Under the pieces are notes generated by a model. That model saw nothing but the letters and a program-made list of their open reading frames with translations, was not told where the DNA came from and ran no database searches. DNA of 63,688 nt, the filler included, from Octopus bimaculoides (taxonomy: Eukaryota): NCBI RefSeq assembly GCF_001194135.2. It is 5 parts of 5 records of this genome, joined end to end, with 100 filler letters (N's around TTAATTAATTAA, not from the genome) between each part and the next. Parts side by side here need not be neighbours in the genome. Positions count along the whole stretch, not along the records: positions 18,902 to 35,519 come from NC_069005.1; positions 35,620 to 47,794 come from NC_068992.1; 3 more parts are not named here. One strand, written 5' to 3'. Both the position numbers and the translations under genes were made by a program. Below, piece after piece: positions 25,896 to 36,080 of the stretch. How positions within the stretch are numbered: the stretch's first letter is position 1; each line of letters opens with the position of its first letter.

Positions 25896-27499
25896 ACATC
25901 AGAGGCTCACACTTGCTCCTGACTTCTCCTCCACGCTAGACCTTCCTCTCACAAACAATGTAATTACATCTACACATCGTCTTCCTACATTTCCACTATC
26001 CCAAGTCACTACACTCTCATACTTGTATACATACACCCACCCAAGAACAACATGCACCCTATACCACTACCACACACATCTCTCCAATGCAATCTCTATA
26101 CACGTATATCATTTTATATATGCATACACCATTCGCTTCCTCCTCTGTGGAACTGCATTCTCATCCGACTCCTAACTGTATCTCTTTTTTCCTTGACACT
26201 TTACCATTTCTCATTGTATTTTTCTAACTACCTTTTCGCATTTATTGTTTCTTGTATATCTTTCTTCTGACAAAGGATTTGTTTCATAAACACCGAGGAT
26301 ACTTTACCTCCTTTACAAACTAATGAAAATTTCTTAAAATCTGTCCCTCCTATGTTTTTTTTTTTTGTACTTATTTCCCAGATGCCTCCGCTAAGCAGAA
26401 TAAAGTCTTTGTCACTTGACTCTTCTAATCTCTTCGAGGCCACCAGAGGCTGGAATGGAGATAACAGACCTCCAACGAAATCATTTGTTCTCAACAATAT
26501 GTCTATCCTTCTGGCTGCTTTTCGATAGTTATGAAAACAAGAACTCCGTAAGCTAAACGCAGTTACTGACAGCAACCACCAGTGAGTGTGAACGTTATTA
26601 CTGCACTTTCTTCTAACACTTCATTCATATATTTCTATACATTCATATATTACCTACATTCATGTATTACCTTTAATAAATTAGCCTTCATAAAGTTCAC
26701 CTTTAAAATGCCACGGCGAATCAGAGTACGACTGGGTGCTTCTATCTCACAAGCTGCGACAACGGCGATCTCTGACTCATTATGTTTCATATTTACAAAA
26801 TTAAACAGTTATTCTTCGTCTATTCTAATTCAATATCTAAACAGTTATATACATATTGATGTAATTAATTTACACATTGCATTAGTAGACATTTTTTCAA
26901 CATCTCCAAATAACTAAATGTTGCCAATGCATGCAGGGTTTTCAATTAAATTTCATTACACTATGAATGCTCATAATTCTGCATTTTTCAAGTAAATATT
27001 TAACGATGATAGTACATACATTTTTCATTCCACAACGTATTTCATAAGTTTGTCCCAGTACAATGAACTCATACTTTGAATGCTTAAAATTCTTCAAAAT
27101 TCTTGCATAATCATCTGTATTCATTTGCTAAATATAAAGTTAACAAATGTTAGGAATTGAAATACGTTTAAGAGTAAGAATTAAATTCTTAGTGAGTGAT
27201 GAACTCGATAACTTACCTCGTCGTCTTGCATCCTAAATAACTTATTTCGTGCTCTTACCGTACTCAACAGTCAATGAAGTTCTAGCCAATTCTCAGATAA
27301 ATATCAATGGAGAGATTTGTAAATTGTTTTATTTTATGTCGAATTACATCCATTTTTCAACAACTAGAATTCAAAATTTTACCGAATTCATCATTGGTCA
27401 TTTATTCAGTATTTTCAGATTAATTTCAATATTAATGTGCCTGGAATGTTAAGTTTACATGAAAGCGTTTGAACATGTGTGTGAACATGTACGTGTCTC

Positions 27500-27965
27500 T
27501 TAGTCCCAAGTCGCTAGATCGGGAGGTGATGTCATCTGGTGGATGGTTTCATATAGATATATTTTTTGAGGTTGCTTTCTCCTTTTTGTGCTTTTTACGT
27601 TGTTTGCGATGTCACGAATCTGATTGATTTTCTCTTGAACATCTATTATAGCATCTCTGGGGAAATCTTTATCATCATTATTTTCAACGTCAGTTCTCAA
27701 TATACTGTCACATGCTAGGACTTGCATCAGTTCGATTAAATCTTCACGGAATACTGTCATCTGTTCAGCTGCACAATGCACCATTTCTAGAGCTGCTTCT
27801 GCGTGGTCTAGCTCTGTGTTTATCTTTTCTTGATACGATTGCAGGGTATGCCGTAGTAGAGAATATTGTATCAAAAAAGATTTATCTTCTTCATAAAATT
27901 TAGTCAGTAAAGATTGGAGTTCGTTGTCTATATTCTTTAATTGACCATGAATTTCAACCGCAAAT
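27500..27965 (-). CDS. CCDC63/ODAD1-like: Paralogue B, coding exon 2 (terminal)
   Basis: Acceptor tatctatgtgcag|A gives RFAVEIHGQL...LIELMQV...IIDVQEKINQ...TSPPDLATWD-TAA. 932+466=1398 nt, in frame. The intron contains an N gap. Confidence 0.82.
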
Positions 27966-27997
27966 CTGCACATAGATATAATACAATATAATATAGT

Positions 27998-28054
<57 letters not shown>

Positions 28055-28131
28055 GCGTATGTACATATATGAATATATATTATACATATATATACACATA
28101 CACACACACACGCACACACATACATACATAT

Positions 28132-28164
<33 letters not shown>

Positions 28165-29519
28165 NNNNNNNNNNNNNNNNNNNNNNNNNNNNNNNNNNNN
28201 NNNNNNNNNNNNNNNNNNNNNNNNNNNNNNNNNNNNNNNNNNNNNNNNNNNNNNNNNNNNNNNNNNNNNNNNNNNNNNNNNNNNNNNNNNNNNNNNNNNN
28301 NNNNNNNNNNNNNNNNNNNNNNNNNNNNNNNNNNNNNNNNNNNNNNNNNNNNNNNNNNNNNNNNNNNNNNNNNNNNNNNNNNNNNNNNNNNNNNNNNNNN
28401 NNNNNNNNNNNNNNNNNNNNNNNNNNNNNNNNNNNNNNNNNNNNNNNNNNNNNNNNNNNNNNNNNNNNNNNNNNNNNNNNNNNNNNNNNNNNNNNNNNNN
28501 NNNNNNNNNNNNNNNNNNNNNNNNNNNNNNNNNNNNNNNNNNNNNNNNNNNNNNNNNNNNNNNNNNNNNNNNNNNNNNNNNNNNNNNNNNNNNNNNNNNN
28601 NNNNNNNNNNNNNNNNNNNNNNNNNNNNNNNNNNNNNNNNNNNNNNNNNNNNNNNNNNNNNNNNNNNNNNNNNNNNNNNNNNNNNNNNNNNNNNNNNNNN
28701 NNNNNNNNNNNNNNNNNNNNNNNNNNNNNNNNNNNNNNNNNNNNNNNNNNNNNNNNNNNNNNNNNNNNNNNNNNNNNNNNNNNNNNNNNNNNNNNNNNNN
28801 NNNNNNNNNNNNNNNNNNNNNNNNNNNNNNNNNNNNNNNNNNNNNNNNNNNNNNNNNNNNNNNNNNNNNNNNNNNNNNNNNNNNNNNNNNNNNNNNNNNN
28901 NNNNNNNNNNNNNNNNNNNNNNNNNNNNNNNNNNNNNNNNNNNNNNNNNNNNNNNNNNNNNNNNNNNNNNNNNNNNNNNNNNNNNNNNNNNNNNNNNNNN
29001 NTATATATATATATATATATGGGAGAATATACAAATAATAACAACAGACGAGGACAGGTGGTGTAAATAACAAAAGTATATATTAGTATGACGCTCGGGA
29101 ATACGAAACACGCCCCCCCCACACACACACACATACATATATACACATACACATATGTACATTCATACATATATACACATACACATATGTACATTCATAC
29201 ATATATACACACATAAATGTGTGTGTGTGTGTGTGTGTTAGTGTAGGTTATTTAATCTTAAACTTTGTACTGAAACGAAATATATATGATTGTCTGACAA
29301 TCATTCATTTCCCATATAATCTAGGAGTCTGTGTATGGTGTTCTAGCATGGCTTTAGTCACAATGGTTAAAAGAAACTAAAGAACATCATAAGAGTAAAA
29401 TGAAATTAACTTTGATCCCTGACTTGATGCTTCTTTGATAGCTTTCTTATTCTTCAGATGATCGCTAAGTCAAAGAAAAAAGCAAGTGCGCAATTTTTTT
29501 TTACAAACAAAAGGTTTAC

Positions 29520-30451
29520 CTGAAGAGTGAAAAATTGTTTTTCTCATTGAGGCAAAACTCCTTTATAATCAGATCAATGTTATCATGAATTGAAGTTTCT
29601 TTTATTGCAGCTATTGCTGTTTGATCTTCCCTCAGCTGTCGATATCGTGTGTTTAGTTCCTTCTCTAATTTCTTCAAGCTGTTATCCAAAGTATACCAGT
29701 ACCGTTCTCTGGAAATATCAGCCATAAAGTTCTCGAAATTGTACTGCTGCATAGATTGTCGGTCGATTTCGTTTAGTTCGAAATTAAAGTGACATTCATT
29801 AAGTTTAATTAACTGCCTCATTCCAACAACTTTTTTGTCAGCTTCTGTTATCTTGTCGGTAATATCTACACAGGCCTTGGATATTGTTTGCATTTTTGAG
29901 AAGAAATAACCATGTTTCTCCTCTAGTTTGTAGAAAGTATCTTCAAATATTTTCAATCGTTGATTTAGGCTGTAAAATTCATTTCTTATTTTTGCCAATT
30001 CCGACCGAATTTGGCCGAACTCAAGCGTTTTCACTTCCAGTGAATTTTCCATGATGTGGATCTGTTTCTTCAAGGCTTCCTCTATCTCTTCGAAGTTATT
30101 CAGCTCTCTTTGTTCCGATATGATCTTGTTTTTTTGTTTATTAATGAAACTATCAAATAAAGCCAGGTCTTCTGGTTTCGACACTTCTCGGGATAATTTT
30201 CTTTCCCTTTTCTGCACATCTACCATATTGTCCTTAAGAAACTGCTCACTGTGAGGAAGTTTGTAGTTTTGCCTAAGATACAGCATGAAGTTTAACTCTG
30301 CTTCATCCAATTTTAGTCGTTTCATGTTCGAGTTCTGCCAAAATAAAGTTCTATTCCGTTGATTCAATTGTATAGAGGAATTCCTAAAAAGGTGAGTCAG
30401 CTTATGCTGCAAATAACCCATTTCATGAGGTTTCTTGGAGTTGTCAGCCAT
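29520..30451 (-). CDS. CCDC63/ODAD1-like: Paralogue B, coding exon 1: ODAD1/CCDC63-family coiled-coil protein; spliced product about 465 aa (490 aa if ATG 30526 is used)
   Basis: Long ORF collinear and essentially gap-free with paralogue A (TLFWQ, IHIMENSL, NEIDR, LKKLEKEL, NFSLFR). Phase-2 donor AG|GTAAAC. Start MADNSKK (gtagcaATGG) matches paralogue A in length. Confidence 0.85.
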
Positions 30452-30672
30452 TGCTACTGATGCTGGCAGTGGTGCACTTGACAAAGTGTTGTTGTTGGTG
30501 GCTAGAAGGACAAGCAGTGAAAACATATTAGGTTACTGCTCAGACAACAAATCGACAAAGGAATTTACGCACATACATGTATACATTCTTATCTGGAATG
30601 TGCTTGTATATATATAAATCTATATATATATATATATGTGTGTGTATACTTATATAAGATAGAGATAATTAA

Positions 30673-30833
30673 TAAAGTGACATTCATTAAGTTTAATTAA
30701 CTGCCTCATCCCAACAACTTTTTTGTCAGTTTCTGATATCTTGTTCGTAATATCTACACAGGCCTTGGGGGATATTGTTTGCATTTTTCAGAAGAGATTA
30801 CCATGTTCTAACCCTGGACAGTAGAAAATATCT
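30673..30833 (-). pseudogene. Decayed partial duplicate of paralogue B exon 1 (copy of 29785-29942)
   Basis: Direct alignment: taaagtgacattcattaagtttaattaactgcctcat...aatatctacacaggccttgg..atattgtttgcattttt. Carries substitutions and a GG insertion. Confidence 0.85.
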
Positions 30834-31199
30834 AGGAGTCTGAGTAGTATTTATTAGTTATTTATTGAGCTAAAATATATGCATATAAATATTAATCTTA
30901 TTCACTTATTTATAAAGTCTAATTTATTTTAATTCTTCTACATTAATACCTTTACTTACCTCCCCTTGACCGAAAAGTATTTCCATATTATTCAACAATA
31001 CATATAAACCAAAATTGCTTCTTGTTAATAATTATTTATTAACCTCTTTATTTATTTTATTTATATTAATAACAATAGTAAATACGGCATTTTATTCCAT
31101 AAACTATAACATTATTTTTCGTTGACTAACTTCCACTTTATATTACATAGCTTTCCTCCTATGTTATTCATCTCTTTCTCTCCCTCTTGTTATTTATTT

Positions 31200-31925
31200 T
31201 GTAGGCCTTTCCCAGGATGGTCTTGAAAATTGTCGCCATAACCTTCAGTGCTGAATTCAGCCCGAATCCCAACCTGGTCAGGCAGTACGTCCGTCTCTTA
31301 TACCTTATCAGCTGATATTTCCACAGTTTCTCAGCCACATGCAGATGCAGGTATGCCGACTTCAAGTCGACGATTGTGGAAACCTCCGTCGTCTTCCTCC
31401 ACTCTCTCAAGGTTTCGCTACAAATGTCCGTAGCTTCACCGCCCGTATGGCACAATATATGGGCGTTCAGCTCCTGAAAATCCAATACTGGCCTGACTGT
31501 TTGGTCGGCTGCACCACTACCATCAACGTTAGCACTCCAGTCTTTACTTCCTCCTTCCAAGGAATCAGAACACCTTCCTTGATCCACCGGTCCATCCCTC
31601 TCTCTCTCGAACTCGCTCCTCGCATCCACTTTCAGGGTATGCTGATAGCAGCCTACTGCGTTCTTCCAGTGCCCTACCGCTCTCCACTGCCGGCCATCGA
31701 ACATCTTTGTCTGTGATGGTGTGTGCAGCATATTTTTCTGCGCAGTTCTCACCACTCGCCTGTCGTGAACTCATAGCGCCCCTGCATCACCGAACACTAC
31801 ACCGGCTTCATTGACCCTAACACTTCCCAAGCGGTCAATGGCGTCTATCCCCATCGCGACATCGATCCCGTCCACTACACGATCAATCACAATAGCCCGC
31901 AACTTCAATCTTGTTCCTCGTACCA
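31200..31925 (-). mobile_element. Ty3/gypsy-like LTR retrotransposon fragment: protease C-terminus plus RT N-terminal half
   Basis: IDVAMGIDAIDRLG (protease). RPVLDFQELN, VDLKSAYLHLHV and YCLTRLGFGLNSA (RT motifs). Truncated before the YxDD motif. Confidence 0.85.
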
Positions 31926-32089
31926 CCATCTGGCAGAGAGACAAACTGCTCTGAAATTACAGAAAGCTCTGTGACAACATGAGGTCAGCCCCAAAGTATT
32001 CGAAATCAACTGCACAAATCTCTGTGGCGTCAGAATTTTCTTGGTTGTCTGCACAAATGTCTGGAACCGCCAGATGGCAAGAACAGAGG

Positions 32090-32300
32090 TGCATGTCATA
32101 AAAAGGTTGGGAAACACTGCTTTAGGTTATCAATTCAAATCCTGTAGATGTTAGCATTGCATTTCAGCTTTCAGTGTCGATATACAAAAGTTAACAGACA
32201 AGTACTTGGTTGATCAAATGAGTTACACTAAGACAACATGCAACTTAGACCAGTGCTTCTCAAAATGGGTAGTAGCGATCCGGGGTGGGGCGTTGAAGAA
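32090..32300. mobile_element. hAT (Charlie-like) terminal fragments
   Basis: aaaaggttgggaaacactg (3' end) and cagtgcttctcaaa (5' end) resemble hAT-Charlie TIRs. Confidence 0.4.
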
Positions 32301-33124
32301 TAAATGTTTTTTGAGTACAAGGGACAAAGAAGCGGTAAGTGCACTAATACAGATTTTTAGCTTTGTATCCTATTTAAAATATTGATTTTTAAAATTCGAA
32401 TGTAATAAACCGCTTGTTAGCCTCAGTCACAACACTGACAATAGCTAACCACACACAAGCAACAATAATGAATAACAAACTTTATACTGTGAATAAGTAA
32501 ATAAGCAAAACTGAATATCTATCACTGATGAACGTAAATTGTGAATAAAAGTACAATTTGAAAGACTGTCAAAATTTGTAGGTATTTATTTCCATACGTG
32601 CAACAAAGACGGCTACTGCATCTGTAACAAGTTTGACTTGTGTGTACAGACACATGCTTATGAATAGGGCTGTTTTGAATTTTGTCGAACGTTGCAAGGG
32701 TTGATTGAATAAGAAAGTAAAAGAAAAAGGGCAATAAGCAACACTTAATTTTATAGTAATGATGCGACGTTCGTCACAAGAGAAATATTTCGTTCCATCT
32801 CAAACGCAAGTGTGTAAATAAGCGGAGATCAGTTTGGAATAATTCACAAAGTAATTATTTTCAGAAATTTCAAATCGCTTCCGTGATAATGGAAACATGA
32901 AGACTTACCTATTTCTGTCTGCAGAGCTAACCAGCTTATTTACTTATAACTAAGAGCAATTTGTACGAATGCGTGGCAAGCAATTAAGTGTTGATATTTA
33001 TAGGGTAATTTGTCGAAAATTAACGCGTGTTTGCTGACGTGGACAACTCCGATTGGTTTACAATCCATTTCTTTCTTCCATATGATAGTGACGTAGAATA
33101 TGAAGATGTGAATGACTGTAAGAG

Positions 33125-34030
33125 GGAAGGACTGCGCTTTTTGCGAAGGAACTTCGAGGCTATGATCTTGACATCGTTGCTTTGTCTGAGACGAGATTAG
33201 CTGGAGATGGTCATCTTACAGAATCTTGTGGAAAATATACATTCTTTTAGAAAAGGAGAGATGAAGAGTTTAGAGGAGAGGCTGGAGTGGCATTTGCTGT
33301 TAAGACTACTCTTGTGGACAAGTTGGAAGAATTCCCAGTCGGGATTAACGAGCGTCTTATGTCCATGAGAATTCCTTTGGTTAAAGGAAATTATGTGACC
33401 TTGGTGAGTGTGTATGCTCTATGTGCTCTACTGATGACGAAAAAGTTTTTCTACCATGCTTTGAAGGGCATTATAAGAACTAGAAAAGCACTCGGAAAGC
33501 GTAGACCTCCGCCAAGCAGCTCATTTCCATGAGGTGACAGCTACTTTTGAGAAATCTCAAGTTGCGCATGAGAAAGTAAGGAGGGATGTCAGGAAGGGCA
33601 TCGCTGTTACACTTCCAGACAGTAAGGGTCTTCCTATGACGCTGACATGCAGTATCTGTACAAGACCCTTCCTCAGTAAAGCTGGACTCCAGAGTCATCT
33701 TGGTAGTCATAAAGCAAGACCGATGGTTGACAACCAAGCCGCTGGTGGTGGTGCTACACACCATACTAATCATATCTGTCAGGCATGTGGAAGGGAGTGT
33801 GATTCGGCGGGAGGACTTAAACGACATGCAAAGGTACAAGAAGCCCAATTACAACTACAGCCGGTTATTTCCAGTAAAGGTTTTAGCTGCCAATTCTGTA
33901 CAAGACATTGTAGATCTTCAGCTGCGCTAAAAAGTCACATTCGATCACAGCACCGATAACAGTTAAACCTCGTGCAATGGCCGTACTCGATAATGAGGGG
34001 GCAGCCATCATGTATGTATGTATGCATGTA
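33125..34030 (+). mobile_element. RTE-clade LINE remnant: APE endonuclease N-terminus fused to C-terminal triple C2H2 zinc-finger region, (ATGT)n tail
   Basis: DIVALSETRLAGDG..YTFF..EAGVAFAVK..GINERLMSMRIPL..TLVSVYA, then ATFEKSQ..CSICTRPFLSKAGLQSH..CQACGRECDSAGGLKRH..CQFCTRHCRSSAALKSHIRSQH*. No RT domain in between. Confidence 0.85.
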
Positions 34031-34359
34031 TATATGTAAATAAAGCCCATAAAGTCAGGAGATATGAGAGGTGAAAGTATGTTTCTTTAGCTACGTGACT
34101 TCCATAGGTTCACTGTCGTTCTGCAGCCTTCTTCATGTAGCATTAATTTCAGTATGGAGGAAATTATGCGTACATGTCTACATTAATATATATGTTCAGC
34201 ATTATATAATACAAATTATTCACAAATTAATGCAAATAAAGTGTAGTATGGGGAACTGTAATATGAGTAACAAAGTGCGATTCACCTGCCTCTCAGTGTC
34301 GACTTTCCAGCTGGATTAAATCCGAGACGTGCTCTACCCGTATGACCTATCGCTAGAAC

Positions 34360-35070
34360 CTACGCTAATTCCCTTTCTAGCTCACACATCTGCACACGTC
34401 CGTCCACAGTCGACCATTTAGAGATATACCCACTGCCGGAAGTATGTAACACCCACCACCAATCATCTCTAGTTGTGCTCCACAGATGTTTCCCGACTCG
34501 TGGACACCCGGAGCAGGGTCGATGGATTGACACCTATCACAACTCCCGGCCACCTTTTGAATGCTCTGTGTAGTAACATCGGAGTCAAACTTCCTGGCAA
34601 GATACAGAGTTCTATCCACACCCATATGATGCACGGCATGCAGTCTCCTTAGTTTCGATTCACGTAGCCGACACACTGTAGTTATCCCCCGTTCTGAATC
34701 TTCCGGCACCGCCAGCCAGGCCTTTTTCTCTCTGGTTAGAACGTCTGTCTTATTCCCTTCTGAGGGCACAAAGACCACGCTCAGCTTCAAATCAAATTCG
34801 GCTGCTAGCTCTCCTAGAACCCCTAGACAGCACTTGACTAACATCTCTGTAACCCCTTTGGTTCGAACTCTCCTTTCCTCAGTGATCACTGATTTCTATC
34901 CATCCAAGCACAGTAGCCGAATCGGTTCGGGTTTCGATAGATCGCAGCCCCATTTCAGAGCCAGATTCACCTCCTTCAGCACTGCGTCCAACTCATCCAC
35001 ACTGATGTGTTTGCAATCATCTGCTTTTCGGAGTCAGGTGTCCGGTGGCTGGAAGTGTCCAAGAGGTGCT
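34360..35070 (-). mobile_element. Ty3/gypsy-like RNase H plus integrase (HHCC and first catalytic Asp) fragment
   Basis: TDSATVLGWI and VVFVPSEGNKTDVLTR (RNase H); HAVHHMGVDRT..CDRCQSIDPAP (integrase zinc finger); then frameshifted NWR*LAVDVT..YLSMVDCG. Confidence 0.85.
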
Positions 35071-35630
35071 CTCACATGACGATGCACCTTGGAACGCTGA
35101 CACGGTAGACAGGCACGTGACCAAGCAGTAATGGACCGATGCATATTCGGCCAGAAAAAGCGGTCCTAGATAATTTTTGCTGTGGCTGTAATGCCGGGGT
35201 GTGACAGTGAATGCAGTGTTTCAAAAACAGCACGACGGTGACATTTAGGAACGAGGGCTCAGAGTGACCCGGTAGAAACATCGCAAAGAATGGTTCCTTC
35301 AGAAAAAGACAGAGGCAGGTGTTCGAACTTGCAGCAGGAAAACTGTGGTGAAGAGATGTCCAGAGAGTCCAAGGAGGGTTGGTCAGTAGCCATAGCAACC
35401 AAATCAATCGAAGCAGGAGACGACAATGCACCGATAGGCAGGCGAGATAAAGCGTCGGCGGGGGTGTTGTGATTGCCAGCGATGTGGCGAATGTCACTAG
35501 TGAACTGTGATGTGTAGTCNNNNNNNNNNNNNNNNNNNNNNNNNNNNNNNNNNNNNNNNNNNNTTAATTAATTAANNNNNNNNNNNNNNNNNNNNNNNNN
35601 NNNNNNNNNNNNNNNNNNNATATACATATA

Positions 35631-36080
35631 CGGTGCAATGAATAAACAAAATTTTAAGTAACATAGAATACACTTGGCTACCTAAAAATGAAAATAACAG
35701 AGACATCTCATTTTAACATATATATTTACCAAACTTTCATAAAAGATCTTGAAATACTAAAAAGAAAATGTATTCAATAATATCTCCATTGGCTTTAACC
35801 ACAGCCTCTATACTACTTCGGAATCTCCTGTAGCTCATCTGGAAGGTGTCTTTGTTTAAGTTGGTGAATGCTGCCATGATCCATGCATTCACTTCATCAT
35901 TGGTGTTACAAGGAGTTTTCTTGCTCACTCGCTCAACAGCCCCTCCCGCAACTTACATAGTAATCGAGGAGGCTAAAGTCTGGGGAGTTCGGTAGCCAGG
36001 GGCTAGGAGTGATGTGGTCGCAGAAATTGTCTGACAGTCATAACTGGGTTCTGTATGTGTGGCGTAGTACAGAGACGTGC
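35631..36080 (-). mobile_element. maT/DD37D-like transposase 3' fragment with probable terminal end at a TA
   Basis: WLPNSPDFSLLDYYV..VERVSKKTPCNTNDEVNAWIMAAFTNLNKDTFQMSYRRFRSSIEAVVKANGDIIE. Sequence ends at ..gcaccg|TA. Confidence 0.8.

Noticed and set aside
30452-30526. Upstream ATG giving the N-terminal extension MFSLLVLLATNNN.. on paralogue B
   Set aside because: Not preferred: paralogue A has no equivalent and ATG 30451 has the better context and matching length. Not excluded without 5' data.
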